Of a stretch of DNA of 64,000 bases, positions 9,599 through 20,082 are shown piece by piece. Position 1 is the stretch's first letter. Every line of letters begins with the position of its first letter. The position numbers and the translations under genes are program-made. A model generated the notes under the pieces. The model did not search any database and was not told where the DNA came from. It saw nothing but the letters and a program-made list of their open reading frames with translations. The stretch is from Vulcanimicrobiota bacterium (lineage in GTDB: Bacteria; Vulcanimicrobiota; Vulcanimicrobiia; Eremiobacterales; Eremiobacteraceae): positions 480,001-544,000 of the forward strand of contig CAWETU010000001.1 of the NCBI GenBank assembly GCA_963812135.1, read 5' to 3'.

Positions 9599-11017
9599 AT
9601 GATAACGTACCGACACGTGCATTTCGTCGGCATCGGCGGCGTCGGCATGAGCGCGATCGCGCGCGTGCTGATCGCAATGGGCATCACCGTTTCCGGTTCC
9701 GATCTCAAAACGACGAATACGCTTGAAAAATTGCGCGCGCTCGGCGCGCAGGTGCATCTCGGCCACGGTTCGGGCAACATTAAAGGCGCGGACGCCGTCG
9801 TCATCTCATCCGCCATCCCGCAAGACAATCCTGAAGTCATCGCCGCGCAACGCACGGGTGTGCCCGTGCTCCAGCGCGCGGAGATGCTCGCGCAGATCAT
9901 GGCGGACAAGCGTGCGGTCGCGGTGTCCGGCACGCACGGCAAGACGACCACGACGTCGATGATCTCGCTCGTGCTCGATGCGGGCGGTTTCGAATCGACC
10001 GTGCTCATCGGCGGCGAGGTCAACGATCTCGGCGCGAACGCGCGGCTCGGCAGCGGCGACGTGGTTGTCGCGGAAGCTGACGAAAGCGACGCGTCGTTCC
10101 TGCGCCTCACGCCCACCTGTGCCGTCGTCACTAATATCGAGAACGACCATCTCGGCTACTATCGCGATCTCGAGCACCTCATCGACACGTTCTCGTTGTT
10201 CATCAATCGCGTGCCGCCCAATGGCAGCATCGTCGCGTCAGCGGATTGCCCAGCCGTCAACGAACTCATCCGGCGCTTCTACGAATCGCCGAAACTGCTC
10301 GGCGATCCCAAGATCGTCACCGCGGGTTTCGACGCCGCCGCGGACGTGCGCGCCGACAGCGTGCGCCTCGCCGACTTCGGCTCGGTCTTCGACGCATTTC
10401 AGAAAGGCCAGCTGCTCGGCGAAGTCCGGCTGCGCGTGCCCGGCCGCATCAACGTGCACAACGCGCTGTGCGCGCTCGCCGTCGGCCTCGAGTTCGGCGT
10501 GCCGTTCGACCGCATCGTGCATGCGCTCGGAAGGTTCCGCGGCGTCGCGCGCCGCTTTCAGATCTTGTACGATAGCGACGCGCTCAAGATCGTCGATGAT
10601 TACGCGCATCACCCGACCGCCGTCCAAGAGACAATCGCGGCGGCGCGCGCGTATTGGGCCGGGCACATCGTGGTCGCGTTCCAGCCGCACCGCTACAGCC
10701 GCACGGCGTATCTGTTCCGCGATTTCGCGCACGCGCTGCTCGGCGCCGATGAGATCATCGTCACGGATATCTACGCCGCGGGTGAGGTGCCGCTGCCCGG
10801 CGTGCGCGCCGAGTCGATCGTCGAGTGCGTGCGCGACCTCGACGCTGCCAAACGCGTCACCTATCTGCCCAAAGCCGCAGACGTGCTCGCGTACCTGCAA
10901 CGCACGCTCGGATCCGGCGACCTGGCGCTCACGCTCGGCGCCGGCGACATCGGCGGTGTCGCCCACGAACTTGCGGCCAGTCTGTCGGCCGCCGACGCCG
11001 GCATCGGTTCCGTCTAA
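9599..11017 (+). CDS. murC: UDP-MurNAc:L-Ala ligase
   Basis: HFVGIGGVGMS, GTHGKTTT, EADESD, DDYAHHPT, FQPHRYSRT. Confidence 0.98.
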   Translation: MITYRHVHFVGIGGVGMSAIARVLIAMGITVSGSDLKTTNTLEKLRALGAQVHLGHGSGNIKGADAVVISSAIPQDNPEVIAAQRTGVPVLQRAEMLAQIMADKRAVAVSGTHGKTTTTSMISLVLDAGGFESTVLIGGEVNDLGANARLGSGDVVVAEADESDASFLRLTPTCAVVTNIENDHLGYYRDLEHLIDTFSLFINRVPPNGSIVASADCPAVNELIRRFYESPKLLGDPKIVTAGFDAAADVRADSVRLADFGSVFDAFQKGQLLGEVRLRVPGRINVHNALCALAVGLEFGVPFDRIVHALGRFRGVARRFQILYDSDALKIVDDYAHHPTAVQETIAAARAYWAGHIVVAFQPHRYSRTAYLFRDFAHALLGADEIIVTDIYAAGEVPLPGVRAESIVECVRDLDAAKRVTYLPKAADVLAYLQRTLGSGDLALTLGAGDIGGVAHELAASLSAADAGIGSV

Positions 11018-11914
11018 GTGCTGAACGACGCGCAACGCGCCGCGTTGAAGAGTACGCTCGGCAAGAGCGTCGAGTTCGACGTGCCGCTGGCGCCGAAAAC
11101 CTCGATGAAAGTCGGTGGACCGGCCGCAGCGCACGCCGAGATCAGCAGCATCGTGACGCTGACCGCCGCGTTGAGCCTGTGCGAACAGCACCAGATCCCA
11201 TGGACGATCATCGGATTCGGCAGCAACCTGCTCGTGCCCGACGAGGGATACCCCGGCCTCGTCGTCAGGCTCGTCGGCGACTTCACCAAAGTGAGCATCA
11301 ACGGCACGCGCGTGCGTGCGGGCGGTGCGACGCCCGTCGTGTCGCTGTGCCGCGAAGCCGCGCTCGCCGGCCTTTCGGGAGCGGAGGGTCTGGTCGGCAT
11401 CCCCGGCACGGTCGGCGGAGCGGTGCGCATGAACGCCGGCACCGACGTCGAGATCGGCGACGTCGTCACCCGCGTCGAGGTGCTCGTCGCAGGCGAGAAG
11501 CTGCAAACATTCACAACGCCCGAATTCTCCTATCGCCGTTCGTCGCTCGACCGGCGCGCGGTGGTCACCGCCGCCGAGCTCGAACTCAAGCCCGGCGATC
11601 CCGCCGAGGTGCAAGCCGAGCTCAAACGGCGCATCACCAAGCGCAATTCGACGCAGCCGCTCGAATTGCCCAACTCCGGCAGCATCTTCCGCAATCCGCC
11701 CGGTGACTTCGCCGCGCGGCTCATCGAGACGACGGGTTGCAAAGGCTGGCACTGGGGCGGCGCCGAGGTGTCCGACAAACACGCCAACTTCATCGTCAAT
11801 CGCGGCAACGCGACGTGCGCCGACGTGCTCGCGCTCGTCGAGCGGGTGCGCGAAGCGGTCAAAGCCAAACACGGCGTCGAACTGGAGCTTGAAGTGCACG
11901 TCCTCAAGGCGTGA
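11018..11914 (+). CDS. murB: UDP-N-acetylenolpyruvoylglucosamine reductase
   Basis: KVGGPA, GSNLLV, GIPGTVGGAVRMNAG, GSIFRNP, KHANFIVN, LELEV. Confidence 0.96.
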   Translation: MLNDAQRAALKSTLGKSVEFDVPLAPKTSMKVGGPAAAHAEISSIVTLTAALSLCEQHQIPWTIIGFGSNLLVPDEGYPGLVVRLVGDFTKVSINGTRVRAGGATPVVSLCREAALAGLSGAEGLVGIPGTVGGAVRMNAGTDVEIGDVVTRVEVLVAGEKLQTFTTPEFSYRRSSLDRRAVVTAAELELKPGDPAEVQAELKRRITKRNSTQPLELPNSGSIFRNPPGDFAARLIETTGCKGWHWGGAEVSDKHANFIVNRGNATCADVLALVERVREAVKAKHGVELELEVHVLKA

Positions 11915-12855
11915 GCGGGGGTCGGGTGGGCAAACCGAGGATCGCCGTCGTCACCGGCGGCGATTCCGCCGAACGCGAGATCAGCCTGCAGACCGGCGCA
12001 GGCGTCGCGGCCGCGCTCACGGAGCTCGGTTATCCGAGCATCACCCTCGACTTCGACAAGAACATCGTCGACGCGCTGCGCGAGCAGCGCCCTGACGCGA
12101 TCTTCAACGCGCTGCATGGCGGCACGGGTGAAGACGGCACGTTGCAAGCGATCTTGGATTGGCTGCGCATCCCCTATCAGGGTTCCGGCGCGCGCGCGAG
12201 CGCCCTGGCCATGGATAAGTGGATCACCAAAGCGGTCGCGCGTTCGCTCGACATCCCGGTGCCGCGCGGCGTCTTGCTCGACGCGAGCGCGGGCGAAGCC
12301 GACGCGATACCGGAAATGCCCGGACTGCCGTGCGTCGTCAAACCGGTCGCGCAAGGTTCCGCGGTCGGCGTCAACATCGTGCACTTCCCCGAGCAGTTTT
12401 CGGCAGCGGTTCGCGAGGCGGCCGCGTTCGATCACGCGATCATCGTCGAAGAGTATGTCGAGGGACGCGAATTCACGGTCGCCGTTTTGGCAGACCAGAC
12501 GTTACCGGTGGTCGAGATCGTGCCGCACGACGATTTCTACACGTATCACGCCAAGTACACGGCCGGCGCGAGCACGCACGTGGTGCCTGCCGACCTGCCC
12601 GAGCACGTGTCGGCCCGCATGGCGGCGCACGCCACGCGTTTGCATCGCGCGCTCGGCTGCCGTGATTATTCGCGAGTGGACGTGTTGATGTCGGTCACCA
12701 ATTCGATGTACGTGCTCGAATGCAACACGCTGCCTGGGCTCACGCCGCTCAGCCTGTTCCCGGAAGCGGCAGCCGCAGCGGGCATCACGTACGGCGCCCT
12801 CATCGAGCGCCTTGTTCACGCGGCGTTGTCGCGGGCGGGAGTCGGCGCGTCATGA
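11911..12855 (+). CDS. ddl: D-alanine--D-alanine ligase
   Basis: GGDSAEREISL, ALHGGTGEDG, AMDKW, ECNTLPGLT. Confidence 0.96.
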   Translation: MSGGRVGKPRIAVVTGGDSAEREISLQTGAGVAAALTELGYPSITLDFDKNIVDALREQRPDAIFNALHGGTGEDGTLQAILDWLRIPYQGSGARASALAMDKWITKAVARSLDIPVPRGVLLDASAGEADAIPEMPGLPCVVKPVAQGSAVGVNIVHFPEQFSAAVREAAAFDHAIIVEEYVEGREFTVAVLADQTLPVVEIVPHDDFYTYHAKYTAGASTHVVPADLPEHVSARMAAHATRLHRALGCRDYSRVDVLMSVTNSMYVLECNTLPGLTPLSLFPEAAAAAGITYGALIERLVHAALSRAGVGAS

Positions 12856-13544
12856 CAAGCTCGCGCAAGCCGATCCGCGTCGTGTTGTTCGATCTCGACG
12901 GAACTTTGATCGACTCGACCGAGCTGATCGTCGCGTCCTTTGATCACACATATCGCAAACTCGGACGCGTGATGACCTTGGAGAACATCAACGCGGATCT
13001 CGGGATGCCGCTGCGCGACACGCTGCGCCGCTATTTCAGTGGCGCCGATCTCGAGCGCGCGATGCAGACCTACCTCGAGTACAACCTCGAGCGGCACGAC
13101 GCCAGCGTCCGTCAGATGGCGGGGGTCGCGGAGCTCGTCCACCGCCTCAAGGAAGCGGGACTGCGCCTGGGCGTGGTGACGTCTAAATTGAGGGACACTG
13201 CGCTGCGCGGGCTGACGCTGTGTCACCTGGACCGCCCTTTCGAAGTAGTAGTGGCCAAGGAAGACACCGCCCGGCACAAGCCGGAGAGCGAACCGCTTAT
13301 CTATGCGCTTGCTTCGTTCGAAGCGGAGGGAGCCGAGTGCGCGTACGTCGGCGACACGCCGCTGGATGTCGAGGCGGCTCGAGGCGCCGGCGTGCGCCCG
13401 GTGGCAGCCTTGTGGCGTCCCGTGCCGGCCGAGGCGTTCGCGCAGTGGCCCCCGGACGCGTATGCGAAGACGCCGCAAGAAGCCGCCGATATCTTAGAGA
13501 GCTGGCGCACGAACGCATCGGATGAAATAGAAGAGGCGATGTAG
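12852..13544 (+). CDS. HAD-IA hydrolase (PpaX/phosphoglycolate phosphatase-like)
   Basis: LFDLDGTLIDS, VVTSK, HKP, YVGD; ATGA overlap with ddl. Confidence 0.88.
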   Translation: MTSSRKPIRVVLFDLDGTLIDSTELIVASFDHTYRKLGRVMTLENINADLGMPLRDTLRRYFSGADLERAMQTYLEYNLERHDASVRQMAGVAELVHRLKEAGLRLGVVTSKLRDTALRGLTLCHLDRPFEVVVAKEDTARHKPESEPLIYALASFEAEGAECAYVGDTPLDVEAARGAGVRPVAALWRPVPAEAFAQWPPDAYAKTPQEAADILESWRTNASDEIEEAM

Positions 13545-13579
13545 TCTCGCGCTCACGGGCGCGCAGACGAAGACTGACG

Positions 13580-14308
13580 ATGGGACTTCTCAACTTCATA
13601 GCCTGGCTCATCAACGGCAACCAGAACCAGACGGTGCGCATGTGGACGAGCGATGACGTAGACCTTCCGCCGGATGCGTTCTCGGGCGACGCCGGCGCGA
13701 TGGCTGCGCTGCAAAAGCCGAGCACGCCGATGTGGCAGCAGGCCAAAGATCAGATCGCATCGCTTGAGAAGATCGATCCGGATTTCTCAGACGTCGCGTT
13801 CCTCGAACAAGCGACCAAGACGTATCTCGCGGCGCAGAACGCTGAGAACAACATGGACCCGTCGGCCCTTGGCGACAGCGCGACGCAGCAGTTCGCCGAT
13901 CAGCTCGGACAAAACGTGGCGCAGTGGAAAGGCGCCGGTCTGGTACGCCATGTGAGCGACGTGAAGCTCGACGCGCCGCTCATCTTCAAGGTCTCGGTCG
14001 ACGGCATGCAGCAGCTGATCACGGTGCGTTTCACGGGCCAAGCGCTTCGTTACACCGCCGATGACGCGAACTGCGTCGTCACCGACGGCAGCAAGCAGCC
14101 GAACTATTTCACGGAGTTCGCCGTGTTCGTGCGACCCGCAGGGACGACCACGCCGAAGACCGTCGGGGAGGGCGCGCCCGCGCACTGCCAAGGCTGCGGA
14201 GCCCCGGTGGAGCCGGGCGTCACGGTGTGCCCGTACTGCCACACGCCGCTGACCGGCACGGGCGCGAATTGGCAGATCGACCGGCTGAGCGCGTCGCCTT
14301 ACACTTAA
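13580..14308 (+). CDS. Tim44-like domain protein with C-terminal zinc ribbon
   Basis: IDPDFS..FL, ITVRF, FTEF..FVRP; CQGCGA...CPYCHT. Confidence 0.75.
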   Translation: MGLLNFIAWLINGNQNQTVRMWTSDDVDLPPDAFSGDAGAMAALQKPSTPMWQQAKDQIASLEKIDPDFSDVAFLEQATKTYLAAQNAENNMDPSALGDSATQQFADQLGQNVAQWKGAGLVRHVSDVKLDAPLIFKVSVDGMQQLITVRFTGQALRYTADDANCVVTDGSKQPNYFTEFAVFVRPAGTTTPKTVGEGAPAHCQGCGAPVEPGVTVCPYCHTPLTGTGANWQIDRLSASPYT

Positions 14309-14583
14309 GGCAGATTCGTAGCGGTCGAATTCATCCGGCCGACATTCCGACCGATTCGACCGAACTCGATCCGCACGTCGCTCGGCGCCGGTATTTGCAC
14401 TGGCGCCGCCGCGTTTCCGACGAGCAGCGGCCAGCGAAGTCCGCTTTCGCGCGCGCGCAATTGCGGCGGCAATGGCATCGAGGTGATGCGATGAGGCTCG
14501 GCATGGCGGTGGGAACCCAAAAGGACGAGCGCCCAAAAACCGATGACCGCGAGCGCGATTGAGATCGCAGCGATCCAACGCAT
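14305..14583 (-). CDS. Small hypothetical membrane/secreted protein
   Basis: ATG 14583 followed by a hydrophobic N-terminus; the 3' end runs through a REP-like repeat. Confidence 0.4.
   Translation of the reverse strand: MRWIAAISIALAVIGFWALVLLGSHRHAEPHRITSMPLPPQLRARESGLRWPLLVGNAAAPVQIPAPSDVRIEFGRIGRNVGRMNSTATNLP
14318..14362 (+). repeat. REP-like palindrome, family A (degenerate)
   Basis: GTAGCGGTCGAATT identical to 61153-61166; followed by ATCCGGCCG, TTCCGACCG and ATTCGACCG right-arm copies. Confidence 0.65.
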
Positions 14584-14646
14584 GGTCGAGGTTTTCGAAC
14601 CTCCGGTGAACCGCGCCTTGCGAAAATTGCCATGTCCGCAATGCGA

Positions 14647-14697
14647 CGGCCGCGAGCATTCGCTCGCGGCCGCACCCGAGCTTCGCTCGGGTCCTAC
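14647..14697 (-). repeat. REP-like double hairpin, family B
   Basis: Minus strand GTAG-GACCCGAGC-GAA-GCTCGGGT-G-CGGCCGCGAGC-GAAT-GCTCGCGGCCG; similar to 55561-55608. Confidence 0.7.
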
Positions 14698-14713
14698 ATA
14701 CGCCGCTCGGGTC

Positions 14714-15154
14714 TTACTGGCCAGCCATGTCGGGGCCGGGATCGCCGCCCTCGGCGACGATCTTGAGGCGACCGAGGTAGTCACCCCAACCCTTGGCGTG
14801 ACTGGATGCCCACTCGGCGTCGACGAAGCCGGTATGGGTAAGACGGACCAGCGTACCGTCGCCGTCCTTCTTCAGCTCGTACTTCACGACGGTGCGCGAG
14901 CCGATTGGCTCGTTCTGCCAATCCCAGGTATATGCAACGGTGTTCGGTCGATCGAATTCGATGATCTCACCGACCGCGATCCATTCTCCCTTGGCGAATC
15001 GGTATTTGCCGCCGACGCGCGGCTCGAAGAACTCCATAGGTTGCCAGCGTTCCATCTGGGTCGGATCGGTGAGCAGTTCGAAGACCGCTTCTTGCGGCGC
15101 TTCGATGCGAATGGTCTGATCGACCAGGAGTTGCTCGGACGTGTTCTTGATCAT
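14714..15154 (-). CDS. SRPBCC/AHSA1 domain protein
   Basis: IEAPQEAVFELLTDP, GTLVRLTHTGF, GWGDYL. Confidence 0.88.
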   Translation of the reverse strand: MIKNTSEQLLVDQTIRIEAPQEAVFELLTDPTQMERWQPMEFFEPRVGGKYRFAKGEWIAVGEIIEFDRPNTVAYTWDWQNEPIGSRTVVKYELKKDGDGTLVRLTHTGFVDAEWASSHAKGWGDYLGRLKIVAEGGDPGPDMAGQ

Positions 15155-15477
15155 TGCTTTCTCCTACGCTTACGATGGTCGCTCTCCGCGACCGCTTTGA
15201 GGTTGGACAGCGCCGCGCCCCAGAAGGCCTCGAGGTACGTGCGCAGACCGGCCAACCCGTCGGGATTGACCTGGTAGACGCGCTGCGTGCCGTTGCGCCT
15301 GTCTGCCACGAGCCCGGCCTCCTTGAGGACTTTGAGGTGTTGCGAGACCGCCGGCCGGCTCACCGGCAAGCGGCTCGCCAGCTCCCCGACGGGCCGCGGT
15401 CCGCGCCTCAGCATGTCGAGGATCGCGCGCCGCGTCGGGTCGCCAAGTGCGTCGAGTTGCCGTTCGTAAGTTTGCAC
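15151..15477 (-). CDS. ArsR/SmtB family regulator
   Basis: ALGDPTRRAIL, SRPAVSQHLKVLKEAGLV. Confidence 0.92.
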   Translation of the reverse strand: MQTYERQLDALGDPTRRAILDMLRRGPRPVGELASRLPVSRPAVSQHLKVLKEAGLVADRRNGTQRVYQVNPDGLAGLRTYLEAFWGAALSNLKAVAESDHRKRRRKQ

Positions 15478-15514
15478 TAACGGTAAGTTACCACTAACCG
15501 ATAGGTCTTGTCAA
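15478..15514 (-). promoter_or_regulatory. Putative promoter and operator of the arsR-SRPBCC pair
   Basis: TTGACA (15514-15509), 18 nt, TAACTT (15490-15485), 7 nt before the GTG; inverted repeat CGGTAAGT-N4-ACTAACCG at 15481-15500. Confidence 0.55.
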
Positions 15515-16746
15515 GCCTGCGCGGCGGAATCCGCGGTACCAGCGGGCTGGGCTTGTCCGATAAGCCCCATCGCCCGCAGCAGCGGCTCGAGCAGCGAGCC
15601 CTGGACCACCACCGTGAAGAGCACGACCGAGAACACCATCGACACGAGCAGCGATTTGCTCGGGAAATCGTCCGGCAGGCTCAACACCAGCGCCATCGAG
15701 AGCGCGCCGCGCATCCCCGCGAGCGTGATGGCGTTCTGCCATTTCGAGGAGAGCGGCCGCCCGAGCAGCGCGCTCACCGGGGCGAGCAGTCGGACGATGA
15801 GCGGCCGGCCGACGATGACGGCGAGCAGGCCCCAGGCGGCATCGGGCCACTCCGACATGATGTCGCGGATGTGGATCGATGCGCCGATCAGCAAGAACAG
15901 CGCAGTGTTCGCCAAGAACGCGACCACTTCCCAAAAACCGCCGATCGTGGCGCGCTGTTCGGGCGCGAGCTTGCTAAGACTGGTGGACCCGGCGATCACG
16001 ATCGCGGCGAAGATCACCGCCATGATGCCGGACACGCCGAGGTCGTCGGCGATGAAGTACGCGCCGTACGCGACGGCGACCGTCACACCCGCGACCACCA
16101 TCACCTGATCGGCGATCAGGCGGATGACCAGCCGTGAGAGGTAACCGATCACCACCCCGACGGCGATGCCGCCGGCCGTCATCAGGAAGAACTCCCACGC
16201 CGTCTGCCCGAGGTGAAAGCCGGGTCCTTGGGCGGCGAACACCGCCAACAGCGCGCTGAACGCAACGACCGAGGTGCCGTCGTTGAACAAGCTTTCGCCT
16301 TCGACGATCGCGAGCAGGCTCGGATTCACCCGCAGCGTCTTGAACAGCGCGAGCACCGCGACCGGATCCGTCGCGGCGACCACGGCGCCGAAGATGATCG
16401 CCGTCTGGGGCGCCAAATGCGCGCCGAATACCAAGAAGACGTATGAGAGCGCGATGACGAGCACGACGCCGACCGTCGCAAGCAGCGTGATCGGGACCCA
16501 GTTGCGGCGCAGCTCCTTCGTGTCGGCATTCCAACCGCCATCGAACAGCAGCGGCGGCAAAAACACGAACAAGACGAGGCCCGGCGTGAGCTCGATCGCG
16601 CGCTGATGCGGTATCAGTCCGATCAGCAGTCCGGCGAGCACCAGGCCGACCGTGTACGGGATGCGCAGCCGCGCGGTGAGCACCGACATCGCCACGACCA
16701 CGGCGAGCATTTCCGCGAGTTGCGGTGCGCCCGGCAGATGGGTCAT
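15511..16746 (-). CDS. CPA1 family Na+/H+ antiporter
   Basis: FLPPLLF, ATDPVAV, EGESLFNDG, GMRGALS; own ATG 16746 overlaps the alr stop. Confidence 0.93.
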   Translation of the reverse strand: MTHLPGAPQLAEMLAVVVAMSVLTARLRIPYTVGLVLAGLLIGLIPHQRAIELTPGLVLFVFLPPLLFDGGWNADTKELRRNWVPITLLATVGVVLVIALSYVFLVFGAHLAPQTAIIFGAVVAATDPVAVLALFKTLRVNPSLLAIVEGESLFNDGTSVVAFSALLAVFAAQGPGFHLGQTAWEFFLMTAGGIAVGVVIGYLSRLVIRLIADQVMVVAGVTVAVAYGAYFIADDLGVSGIMAVIFAAIVIAGSTSLSKLAPEQRATIGGFWEVVAFLANTALFLLIGASIHIRDIMSEWPDAAWGLLAVIVGRPLIVRLLAPVSALLGRPLSSKWQNAITLAGMRGALSMALVLSLPDDFPSKSLLVSMVFSVVLFTVVVQGSLLEPLLRAMGLIGQAQPAGTADSAAQA

Positions 16747-17844
16747 GTGTAGCGGCGTTCGAGATGGTGTGGCAGGCGCGCGAGGATCTCGTAGTTGATC
16801 GTACCGGCCGCTTTGGCGAGCGGCTCGATCTCGATCTGCGCGAGGTCGCCGAGCGCGACCGCCGGCTCGATGCCGGTGACGTCGAGCATACAGGCGTTCA
16901 TGCAGATGCGCCCGACGATCGGCGCGCGCGCCGCGCCGAGCCGCACGTGCATGCGCCCGCCGCCGGCCGCGCGCGGCAGTCCATCCGCATAGCCGGCGGG
17001 CAACACGGCGATACGGCTGTCGCGTGAGGCGACGAACGCGCGCGAGTATCCCACGCTCTCGCCCGCTCGCACATCGCGCAGCTGCACGATCGGGGCGAAC
17101 CAGCGCAGCGCCGGGCGCAATTCGAACGATGGATCGTCGCCGGCGAGCACTGCCGCGACTTGCGGGGACGGCCACGCGCCGTAGAGCGCGATGCCGCAGC
17201 GCACCATGTCGAGGCGCGTCTGCGGCCACATCATCGCAGCCGCGGAAGCCGCGATGTGCCTTTTCGCTTGAGGAAATGTGGCGGTCGAGTTCTACTCGAC
17301 CGAGCGCCTCGACTTGTTGCATCACGAACGTTGTATCGATATCCTCGGCGCTTGCGAGGTGCGAGTAGATGCCGGCGATCTCAAGACCGAGCGCTTTCGC
17401 GCGTTCGAGGACTGCGCCTGCCCGGTCGCTCGGCACGCCGAAGCGGCCGACGCCGGTGTCGACCTTGAGATGCGCGACGATGTGATGGCGCGCGAACGGC
17501 TCGACCATGCTCTCGTCGAGCAGGCCGAGTTGCAATCGCGCGCTCGCGGCCTGCGCGAGTTGCGCTTCCGCAACCGGCCCGACGACGAGGATCGGCTGTT
17601 CGATGCCCGCATCGCGCAGCGCCAGTCCCTCATCCGCGGTGAAGACGCCGAACCACAGTCCGTCGATGCCGGCGCCGGCCAAGGCAAGGCCGACCGGCAC
17701 GAGCCCGTGGCCGTACGCCTCGGACTTGACGACCGCGCAAAAGGCCGCCGGCGCCGCTTTTTTGGCCAGCGCCCGGGCGTTGGCGACAAGCGTCGCACGG
17801 TCGATTTCGAGCCACGAAGCGGCCTCAGCCACGACCCCGTCCAC
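16743..17844 (-). pseudogene. alr: Alanine racemase split by a frameshift near 17275-17300 (pseudogene, recoding or sequence error)
   Basis: N-half AVVKSEAYGHG, HLKVDTG, YSHLASA in one frame; C-half RHIAASAA, MVRCGIALYG, GYADG, VGRICMN, GTINYEI in the +1 frame. Confidence 0.88.
17278..17302 (+). repeat. REP-like palindrome, family A, inside alr
   Basis: GTGG-CGGTCGAGT-TCT-ACTCGACCG with a perfect 9-bp stem. Confidence 0.7.
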
Positions 17845-17859
17845 AGGGGCAGGAACCCC

Positions 17860-17888
17860 TTGTCAAAGCCTGAACCTCCCGGTATACT
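17860..17888 (+). promoter_or_regulatory. Housekeeping sigma promoter of groESL
   Basis: TTGTCA-17 nt-TATACT. Confidence 0.8.
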
Positions 17889-17892
17889 GGGT

Positions 17893-17919
17893 TTAGCACT
17901 CAACTGCTGAGACTGCTAA
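17893..17919 (+). promoter_or_regulatory. CIRCE element (HrcA operator)
   Basis: TTAGCACTC-AACTGCTGA-GACTGCTAA, one mismatch to TTAGCACTC-N9-GAGTGCTAA, upstream of groES. Confidence 0.92.
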
Positions 17920-18040
17920 TCCAGGCGAAAAAAGCCCCGTTCGGGGCGCATCCTAGGACCTTTAGATTCTCGCCGGCGTGCGGACGCCCCGCTTGGGGTT
18001 CGCGTCGGCATCGACCCCAGCCGATCAAGGAGGTTTGTCC

Positions 18041-18352
18041 GTGCCTGCTACCGCGACCAAAGTCGAACTCACGCCCCTCGCCGACCGAGTCGTCCTCGAG
18101 CCCGTCGAGCCGGCTGCAACGTCCACCGGCGGCATCATCTTGCCGGATACCGCCCAGCAAAAGACTCAAGAAGGCATCGTCATGGCCGTCGGACCCGGCC
18201 GCAAGACCGACAAAGGCGAGATCATCCATCTCGACCTCAAAGTCGGCGACAAAGTCATCTACTCGAAATATGCGGGTAGCGAAGTCAAGATCGACGGTAA
18301 AGAATACCTCATCATCGGTGAGAAAGACGTTCTCGCCACTGTCAAGCGCTAA
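18041..18352 (+). CDS. groES: Co-chaperonin GroES
   Basis: AAGGAGG then GTG; PLADRVV, GGIILPDTA, KYAGSEVK. Confidence 0.98.
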   Translation: MPATATKVELTPLADRVVLEPVEPAATSTGGIILPDTAQQKTQEGIVMAVGPGRKTDKGEIIHLDLKVGDKVIYSKYAGSEVKIDGKEYLIIGEKDVLATVKR

Positions 18353-20014
<1,662 letters not shown>

Positions 20015-20036
20015 TCGCTTCGGCGATTGCAAATAA

Positions 20037-20070
20037 GGGCCCGGCGGGCGACCGCCGGGCCTTTCTCTTT
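20037..20070 (+). terminator. Intrinsic terminator after groEL (likely bidirectional)
   Basis: GGCCCGGCG-GGCGAC-CGCCGGGCC followed by a T-rich run. Confidence 0.75.
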
Positions 20071-20082
20071 GCGAAAGAATGG

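Noticed and set aside
13541..13570. GTAG plus imperfect hairpin at the HAD gene stop
   Set aside because: Stem is bulged and unlike families A and B; the GTAG includes the stop codon
14318..14375. Short tandem TCGACCG units as a CRISPR remnant
   Set aside because: No regular repeat-spacer pattern and no cas genes; explained by the REP-like element
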